This document shows, piece after piece, positions 6,872 through 12,394 of a DNA stretch of 12,394 bases. How positions within the stretch are numbered: position 1 is the stretch's first letter; the number at the start of each line of letters is the position of its first letter. A model generated the notes under the pieces. It had not been told where the DNA came from, did no database searches, and saw only the letters and a list, made by a program, of their open reading frames with translations. Source of the DNA: Gemmatimonadota bacterium (GTDB lineage: Bacteria > Gemmatimonadota > Gemmatimonadetes > Gemmatimonadales > GWC2-71-9); assembly GCA_039591655.1 (NCBI GenBank), contig JBDHDE010000070.1:1-12394 (forward strand), written 5' to 3'. Position numbers and translations under genes: made by a program.

Positions 6872-8221
6872 ATGCCCGTGCTCGCACCCCGCCGCTGGCG
6901 TCTTCCCACTATCTCACCGGCCGCAATCTGCATCGTCGGGGTGCTGTGCGGCTGCGCCGGGGCGCGCACCGCTGAAGTCTCGCCGCAAGAGATCCCGCAG
7001 CTCGAAGCGCGCATAGCCGACGAGCCGGACAACGGTGAGCTGATCCTGCGCTACGCCGCGGCGCTCTACGCGGCCGAGCGCTGCGACACCGCTCGCGCCG
7101 TGGCGGCCCGGGGCATGCAACTCGAACCGGCGGATGCCCTGGGTCCGCTCGTGATAGGCCAGTGCGCGGAGCACGCGGGAGACCACGATCAGGCGTTGGT
7201 GGTGTACCGGCGGTACCTCGCCGACTACCCCGGGGAGCCGGGCGTGGCGGCGGTCCGCGCCCGGGAGACCTTCGCGCTGAGGGCGCGGGCGACGCAGCGG
7301 GCGCAGTCCGCACTCGCCCAGGAAGCGGTCCTCGCGCAGCGCCCCGCCGACCTGCAGACGGTCGCCGTCCTGCCGCTGGAGATCGCCGGTGACTCGGCCT
7401 TCCAGCCTCTCTCGCGGGGTCTCGCCGAGATGATCACGTCCGATCTCGCGCTGCTCCAGCGGTTCCGCATGGTCGAGCGCATCCAGGTGAGTGCGCTGCT
7501 CGAGGAGATTCGGCTCGCCGAGGCCGGGCGCGTTGATACCGTGAGCGCGGTGCGAGTGGGACAACTGCTGCGGGCTGGAAGGATGGTGCAGGGGCTGGCG
7601 GCGATTCCCCCAGAGGGCGACGTACGGCTGGAGGCGTCGATCGTGCGCGCCGACGGTGTGATCACGAACCCGGAAATTGGCGCGGGGCGGCTCCGGAACC
7701 TCCTGCGAATGGAGAAGGAACTCGTTGTCGAGATTGCCGCGCATCTCGGCCACTCGCTGTCGGAGGCGGAGCAGCAGCTGATCCTGGAGAACGGCACCCA
7801 GAATCTGACAGCGTTCCTGGCGTACTCCCGCGGCCTGGCGGCGGAGGATCTCGGCGACCTCCCGGCGGCCGCTGTCCACTTCGGTCAAGCGGTGCGGTCG
7901 GATCCCGGATTCAACGCCGCCCGCGCGCGGTATCAGGCGACCGTGGGAGCGCAGGAGGTGCAGGGTGCATCGGCGTCCGAGATAACGCAGGTCGCCGCGA
8001 TGACAGTGCTGGACCCAGACCTGGTGCCCGATCCGGTGGGCGATGCGATGGTCGTGGCCGTGGGAGACATCGCCGCGACGCAGGCCGAGAAGACTCAGGT
8101 GGCTTCCACGTCGCAGCAAACGACACGACAAGCAACGACGACGACCGCGGCGCAGCCTCCAGCGACGCTGACGCAGACAGGGGTCATCGGAACCATACGC
8201 ATCATCTTCAGCCTCCCATGA
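6872..8221 (+). CDS. Predicted lipoprotein with TPR repeats and a CsgG/HfaB/FlgO-like alpha/beta domain (449 aa)
   Basis: GGAG at 6863-6866 supports the ATG at 6872 over the GTG at 6830. Signal peptide ends VGVLCG-C28. TPR-like helices (DEPDNGELILRYAAALY; LEPADALGPLVIGQCAE; FGQAVRSDPGFNAARAR). Central TVAVLPL...LSRGLAEMITSDL...RMVERIQVSALLEEIRL...SAVRVGQLLRAGRMVQG is the CsgG/HfaB-like pattern. Confidence 0.8.
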   Translation: MPVLAPRRWRLPTISPAAICIVGVLCGCAGARTAEVSPQEIPQLEARIADEPDNGELILRYAAALYAAERCDTARAVAARGMQLEPADALGPLVIGQCAEHAGDHDQALVVYRRYLADYPGEPGVAAVRARETFALRARATQRAQSALAQEAVLAQRPADLQTVAVLPLEIAGDSAFQPLSRGLAEMITSDLALLQRFRMVERIQVSALLEEIRLAEAGRVDTVSAVRVGQLLRAGRMVQGLAAIPPEGDVRLEASIVRADGVITNPEIGAGRLRNLLRMEKELVVEIAAHLGHSLSEAEQQLILENGTQNLTAFLAYSRGLAAEDLGDLPAAAVHFGQAVRSDPGFNAARARYQATVGAQEVQGASASEITQVAAMTVLDPDLVPDPVGDAMVVAVGDIAATQAEKTQVASTSQQTTRQATTTTAAQPPATLTQTGVIGTIRIIFSLP

Positions 8222-9348
8222 GACAGGCGCGTCTGGTACTGCCCCTGCTCGCGGCGGTCGCCGCCGTCTCCCCCCTCGAGGCACAGAGTCGCGTGGCGGT
8301 GCGGGCTGCCGTCTTCGGCGAGACTTACAGCTTCGACCCGGGTCCGGGCGTGAGGTTCAGCCGCATCTCCGAGATCACGGTGCCGCTAGGGGTGACCGTG
8401 CCACTGGGTCGGTTCGGTGATCTGCACCTCTCGAGCGGCTACGTCAACGTGCAACTCGAGTCCGACAGCGTCGCGGATCAGACGATCTCCGGACTCCTCG
8501 ACACCGAGTTGAGGCTGTCTTGGAACGCGATCCCGGGAAGGCTGCTGGTCTTCGTCAACGCTGGGCTCCCCACAGGGACGGAGACCGTGACGCTGGAAGA
8601 GTTGTCGGTCGTCACGGTGGTAGCTACAGACGTCATCGGGTTCGCGGCGTCGACCGTCGGGTCTGGGGGCGGCGTCGGCGCCGGGTTTGCCGGTGCGGTG
8701 CCGCTGGGCAGGTCTTGGGCCCTTGGATTGGGTGGGGGAGTGCGCGGGCCCTTCTCGTACCAGCCGATCGTCGGCGACACCAATACGCTGCGGCCCGGGA
8801 TCGACGTGCGGCTGCGCGCCGGGGTCGAGGGATCCCTCGCGCGGCGCACCTACCTGCGTACCGCAGTGGTTCTCGCCCACAGGAGGAAGGACGAGGTGGG
8901 CGGCACCACGCGCAATGGTATCGGCAACCGTTTCATCGGCTACCTGTCGCTGGAACAGGGCCTCGGCAACGCCTCGCTCAATCTGTATGTGTTCGACGTC
9001 TTCCGCACCGATCCACAGATCGAGCAGACCGCCGTTGGGACGGCCGTGGTGCCACGCGGTAATCTCATCGGGGCCGGAGCGCAGCTCGTCTGGCGGCTGA
9101 ACCGGACCATGACCCTGACTCCCCGGGTGGAGTTCCGGCTCTCGAGCCAGGCGCAGAGCGAGACAGACCCCACACTTCGTCTGTTCGGGGAGTCGCTGCG
9201 CTTCGGCGCGGACTGGCGTTACACGTTCAACCCACGGTGGTCCGTGGTGCTTCAAGCCGACGGGGCGACCGGGTTCATTGCGCCCGAGGTGGAGCATGTC
9301 GGGTTCATGGGTGGCCGGGCCGCGATCCATGTGGAGTGGATGCCGTGA
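8218..9348 (+). CDS. Predicted outer-membrane beta-barrel protein of unknown family (376 aa)
   Basis: Sec signal MRQARLVLPLLAAVAAVSPLEA|Q. Many alternating amphipathic strands (TELRLSWN, VGAGFAGAVPL, WALGLGGGVR, VRLRAGVEG, IGAGAQLVWRL, LRFGADWRYTF). C-terminal strand AAIHVEWMP. No Cys. ATGA overlap with the upstream gene. Confidence 0.75.
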   Translation: MRQARLVLPLLAAVAAVSPLEAQSRVAVRAAVFGETYSFDPGPGVRFSRISEITVPLGVTVPLGRFGDLHLSSGYVNVQLESDSVADQTISGLLDTELRLSWNAIPGRLLVFVNAGLPTGTETVTLEELSVVTVVATDVIGFAASTVGSGGGVGAGFAGAVPLGRSWALGLGGGVRGPFSYQPIVGDTNTLRPGIDVRLRAGVEGSLARRTYLRTAVVLAHRRKDEVGGTTRNGIGNRFIGYLSLEQGLGNASLNLYVFDVFRTDPQIEQTAVGTAVVPRGNLIGAGAQLVWRLNRTMTLTPRVEFRLSSQAQSETDPTLRLFGESLRFGADWRYTFNPRWSVVLQADGATGFIAPEVEHVGFMGGRAAIHVEWMP

Positions 9349-11123
9349 GCGCCCGGCTGCGTTCCCGGTTCTGGGTGGCGGCGCTGCCGCTGGCCCTGGC
9401 GTGCAGTGACGCCGGCCCCGACGCGCCCTCCACCGCCCGAATCGCGCTGGCGCCGCACTTCCAGAGTACCGCAGCGGGCATCGTCGAGATCGCCAGGATT
9501 CGAGTGCAACTCTTCCGCACGACGGACGAGTCCCTGGCCCTGGACGAAGTGGTCGACGTGGCCCCAGGTGCCGACTCGGTGGCGCTGGATCTCAAGGTCC
9601 TCGTACTCTCCCCCGAAGAGACCTTCCTGATGCTGCTGGCGTTCATCACCCCTGCCGGTGACACCGCGTTTCGCGGCGGCCCTGTGGAGGTGACCCCGAC
9701 CGGGGAAGGGGCGGCGCCGGTGCCCATAGACGTGCCCGTGGTGTACGTCGGGGTGGGCGCCAATGCCGCCTCAGTGGAGATCCTCACGACCGGTGTGGTC
9801 TTGTCTGTCGGGCAGACCGCGGAGCTGACCGCCCAGGCGCTGGATGCCGCGGGCAGTCCCATCCCCGGCACCCCCATCGCCTGGTCCTCCCTGGCCCCGA
9901 CGCTGGTGAGCGTGCCGGACCCCGCAGTTGGACTCGTGGTGGCCGGTGTCCAGCCCGGCCGGGCCGAGATCGTGGCCACCCTCCTCACGGGCCCCGTCGA
10001 CACCGCTGTGGTCACGGTGCAGGCGCCGGCCGTCGCGGGAGCCATCCTTTTCGCGGGGGATTCGTCGGCGCTCTCGACGGGGATCTTCACGGTCCAGCCG
10101 GACGGGTCGAACTTCGCCCGGGTCCAGGACCTGCCGCAGTTGGGGTTCCAGCGTCAATACCCCAGCTGGTCGCCGGACTACAAGCGCATCGCCTATTCGT
10201 GGGACGGAGGCGTGTTCGGCCCGCTGCAGCTGTACCTGACGGACGCGACCGGTGCCTCCACCCAGGCGGTGGTCACCGACACCAGCACATTCGGGCCGCA
10301 GTGGAGCCCCAACGGTGTCCACCTCGCCTTCGAGTGCCTCGAAGGTCCCAACGTGAACGTGTGCGTGATCCCCGACGTGACGGGGGCCCTGGGGTCGCTG
10401 CCCGTGAACAACTATCTGATGGTGACCGACTCCGTCCCGACCACGTGGCCGAACGGCTGGAGCGGGTTCGCGTGGGATCCGCAGAATCCGGACCGGGTGG
10501 CGTTCGTGCGGGACTCCATCGGGGCCTTCACTGTCAGTATGCTATGGACCGCGGCGTTCGACGGGTCCGGCCCCCAGCGGCTCGCCCCCGGCGGCCTGCT
10601 GCGGCCGGGGGACGACGCCCCGCTCCACGTGTTCGGCTCCCTGGATTTCTCGCCGGATGGGCAGCAGATCGTGTTCGCCGCCTACAGTCCGCAGGACGCC
10701 CTGCCCGAGGACAAGCTCTTCATCATCAACCGCGACGGCACCGGACTGCGGCAGCTGACCTTCCTGGCGGGGTACGACGACAGCCCGCTCTTCTCTCCCA
10801 CCGGAACAGAAGTCCTCTTCGGGCGCGACATCTCGTGCTCGAACGACGGCTGGATCGTGGACGTCAACAACACCGACGGGAGCCTGGAGCGCCGCATCAC
10901 CGACGAGCGGATCTGCGACTTCGACCTCTTTCTGCTCGGGGCCGACTGGTCGCCGGACGGAAGCCAGATCGTCCTCACCGGCTTCGATCAGGGCAACACG
11001 CTGATCTACATCGTGCCGCGGACGGTGACGGCAGCCACCTACCTCGCGGATCGAGTGCTGGTCGGGAGGGGTGTCGACCTGGGCGGGTTCGTGCTGGATA
11101 TTCAGCCCAGTTGGCGGCCGTAG
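9345..11123 (+). CDS. Predicted lipoprotein: N-terminal beta-rich domain, Ig-like (Big_2-type) domain and TolB-like/PD40 beta-propeller (592 aa)
   Basis: The GTG at 9345 overlaps the upstream stop (GTGA) and gives the signal MSARLRSRFWVAALPLALA-C20. Big_2 pattern LSVGQTAELTAQALDAAG...IAWSSLAPTLVSV...GLVVA...GRAEIVAT. Propeller repeats PSWSPDYKRIAY, PQWSPNGVHLAF, FAWDPQNPDRVAF, LDFSPDGQQIVF, PLFSPTGTEVLF, ADWSPDGSQIVL, and terminal QPSWRP. Confidence 0.85.
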   Translation: MSARLRSRFWVAALPLALACSDAGPDAPSTARIALAPHFQSTAAGIVEIARIRVQLFRTTDESLALDEVVDVAPGADSVALDLKVLVLSPEETFLMLLAFITPAGDTAFRGGPVEVTPTGEGAAPVPIDVPVVYVGVGANAASVEILTTGVVLSVGQTAELTAQALDAAGSPIPGTPIAWSSLAPTLVSVPDPAVGLVVAGVQPGRAEIVATLLTGPVDTAVVTVQAPAVAGAILFAGDSSALSTGIFTVQPDGSNFARVQDLPQLGFQRQYPSWSPDYKRIAYSWDGGVFGPLQLYLTDATGASTQAVVTDTSTFGPQWSPNGVHLAFECLEGPNVNVCVIPDVTGALGSLPVNNYLMVTDSVPTTWPNGWSGFAWDPQNPDRVAFVRDSIGAFTVSMLWTAAFDGSGPQRLAPGGLLRPGDDAPLHVFGSLDFSPDGQQIVFAAYSPQDALPEDKLFIINRDGTGLRQLTFLAGYDDSPLFSPTGTEVLFGRDISCSNDGWIVDVNNTDGSLERRITDERICDFDLFLLGADWSPDGSQIVLTGFDQGNTLIYIVPRTVTAATYLADRVLVGRGVDLGGFVLDIQPSWRP

Positions 11124-11155
11124 CGACCAGGTGTCATGCGGTGGAGACGGTATGC

Positions 11156-11182
11156 GAAGGGCCGCGCTGAGCGCGGCCCTTC
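11156..11182. terminator. Perfect 12-bp hairpin between convergent genes, probable bidirectional terminator
   Basis: GAAGGGCCGCGC-TGA-GCGCGGCCCTTC. The + strand 3' end reads CCCTTCTAT (weak U tract). It lies between the stops at 11123 (+) and 11225 (-). Confidence 0.7.
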
Positions 11183-11224
11183 TATGCGTCGTGGATGTTA
11201 GGCGCCAGGGTGCCCGCAGATCGC

Positions 11225-12352
11225 CTAACCCACCCCCACCCGCCGTGGGCACGGCGGCAGGGCCTCTTCCGCCGCTACGAAGTCCCGCGGCACGCTCTCC
11301 AGACACTCCGCCGGATCGCAGCAGGTGTGACACACCCGCTTGAACCCCCGGAACCCGAGTAGCTCGACGTCGGGGCTGGCGAACTCGGGCTTGGCCGGCT
11401 CGTCCCGCAGCAGATCGGTACTCAGATACTTCTTGTTGTCGTCCGGGAAGACGGTCACCACCACAGCGTCGCTGCCCATGCGGTTCTGGACGTCCAGGGC
11501 TCCCAGGAAGTTCGCGCCGGATGAGATCCCGACTCCCAATCCCAACTGCGCCGCCAGCTTCTGTGCCATGAGGATGGCGTCTCCGTCGTCGACGCTGATA
11601 ACGTCGTCGAGAGTCTCGAGATCCACGATGGGCGGAATGAACTCGTCGGAGATTCCCTGGATGCGGTGCTTACCCACCTTGGAGCCCGACGAGAGGATCG
11701 GTGAGTTTGCCGGCTCCAGGGGGTGCACCTTCAATTCGCGGCTGCGACCCTGCAGGAAGAGGCCCGCGCCCATGATCGTGCCGCCGGTGCCCACGCCGGC
11801 CACGAACGCGTCCGGACGCATGTTGCGGAACCGCAGCTGCCACCAGATCTCCGGCCCGGTGGTCTGAAAGTGAGCCTCTGTGTTGTCCCGGTTGGAAAAC
11901 TGGCTGGGAAGGAAGGCCCGCTCGCTCCCGGCCGCCAGCTCCTCGGCCTGCTTGATGCTTCCCAGGAAGCCGCCGTCCTCCTTGCCCACGAGATTGATGT
12001 CGGCGCCGAGGCTCCGGATCAGGTTGATCCGCTCACGGCTCATCCAGTCGGGCATGAAGATGGCCACCTGATGTCCCAGTGCCCGGCCGATGGCCGCGAT
12101 GGAGATGCCGGTGTTGCCGCTCGTGGCCTCCAGGATGAGATCCCCCTGCCGCAGCGCGCCCTTGGCATAGGCCTGCTGCATGATGAACAGCGCCATCCGG
12201 TCCTTGATGCTGCCGGTCATGTTGAGGTTCTCGGCCTTGGCGTACAGCACGCGGTGCTCGCCTCGGAACGTGAAGTCCACGGCGAGGAGCGGCGTGTTGC
12301 CGATCAGACACTTGAGACCGCGAATCCGGCGTTCGATGTCGTGGTCCGACAC
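11225..12352 (-). CDS. PLP-dependent cysteine synthase / cystathionine beta-synthase family protein with a Cys-rich C-terminal extension
   Basis: [20 protein letters not shown] (PLP Lys), [58 protein letters not shown] start with GGAGG at 12366-12362. CysK, CysM and MccA cannot be told apart by eye. Confidence 0.93.
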   Translation of the reverse strand: MSDHDIERRIRGLKCLIGNTPLLAVDFTFRGEHRVLYAKAENLNMTGSIKDRMALFIMQQAYAKGALRQGDLILEATSGNTGISIAAIGRALGHQVAIFMPDWMSRERINLIRSLGADINLVGKEDGGFLGSIKQAEELAAGSERAFLPSQFSNRDNTEAHFQTTGPEIWWQLRFRNMRPDAFVAGVGTGGTIMGAGLFLQGRSRELKVHPLEPANSPILSSGSKVGKHRIQGISDEFIPPIVDLETLDDVISVDDGDAILMAQKLAAQLGLGVGISSGANFLGALDVQNRMGSDAVVVTVFPDDNKKYLSTDLLRDEPAKPEFASPDVELLGFRGFKRVCHTCCDPAECLESVPRDFVAAEEALPPCPRRVGVG

Positions 12353-12380
12353 GGTGAGCCCCCTCCGGCTGCCCCTTCGG

Positions 12381-12386
12381 ATTCTA
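12381..12386 (-). promoter_or_regulatory. -10 element for the cysteine synthase-family gene
   Basis: TAGAAT on the minus strand, 28 nt upstream of the GTG. The -35 would lie outside the window. Confidence 0.5.
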
Positions 12387-12394
12387 CCGATTCG

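Noticed and set aside
6539..6872. The DHp ORF is in frame with the TPR-CsgG gene, separated by a single TGA (6725-6727) that is followed by a C8 run; possible read-through, selenocysteine or phase-variable fusion
   Set aside because: An open stretch of about 48 codons is common at this GC content. The intervening translation is not protein-like and contains a promoter and SD for the downstream gene, and a fusion would bury a lipoprotein signal. The C8 tract is outside both CDSs.
6872..8221. Calling this gene csgG of a curli system
   Set aside because: No curlin-repeat genes or csgE/csgF in the window. The protein has extra TPRs and only the generic CsgG/HfaB-like domain pattern.
9237..9344. 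ORF-track start at 9237 for the propeller protein (likewise 6830 for the TPR protein)
   Set aside because: The 9237 start overlaps the barrel gene by more than 100 nt and hides the signal peptide. Starts at 9345 and 6872 give clean signal peptides with coupling or SD support.
9345..11123. Calling this gene tolB
   Set aside because: It has a lipobox and an Ig-like domain instead of the TolB N-terminal domain, and there are no tolQ, tolR, tolA or pal neighbours.
8207..11123. All three envelope proteins end in aromatic-x(1-2)-Pro (FSLP, WMP, WRP) as a possible shared sorting signal
   Set aside because: WxP is the normal closing motif of PD40 propellers, and two of the ends are constrained by start/stop overlaps. 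Three short motifs are too little evidence.
2232..11333. Long alternative-frame and antisense ORFs (e.g. 2232-3299 +, 4012-4815 +, 6914-8284 -, 8386-9330 -, 10199-11170 +, 10542-11333 -)
   Set aside because: They are shadows of well-supported genes in GC-rich DNA, with Arg/Pro/Gly-rich or antisense-type composition and no recognisable motifs.
1..12394. tRNA, rRNA, CRISPR arrays, transposases, integrases or defence genes
   Set aside because: All intergenic gaps are under about 180 bp, with no cloverleaf or repeat-spacer pattern. No CDS shows such motifs; the YqgF nuclease is housekeeping.

Overview
GC-rich bacterial chromosomal window, almost entirely coding. The gene order and the style of the lipoproteins resemble Gemmatimonadota, which is my inference and was not checked. 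Left half is mostly housekeeping: the 5' part of a cation diffusion facilitator (missing from the ORF track because the window edge cuts it), an RlmI-type rRNA methyltransferase, thiE, and a translationally coupled minus-strand operon rho-ruvX(yqgF)-mltG. The centre holds an EGY-like M50 site-2 protease and a two-gene unit: a 95-aa unknown protein plus a 62-aa stand-alone histidine-kinase DHp (HisKA) domain. The right half holds a coupled three-gene envelope operon: a TPR + CsgG/HfaB-like lipoprotein, a predicted outer-membrane beta-barrel, and an Ig-like + TolB-like beta-propeller lipoprotein. This operon converges on a cysteine synthase-family gene with a Cys-rich C-terminal tail. The best candidate for an undescribed system is the three-gene envelope operon, a possible surface-lipoprotein export or anchoring module. 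The orphan DHp micro-protein unit is second. Several sigma70-type promoters are readable, including a probable leaderless one and two that overlap inverted repeats. I saw no rRNA, tRNA, CRISPR array or transposase.
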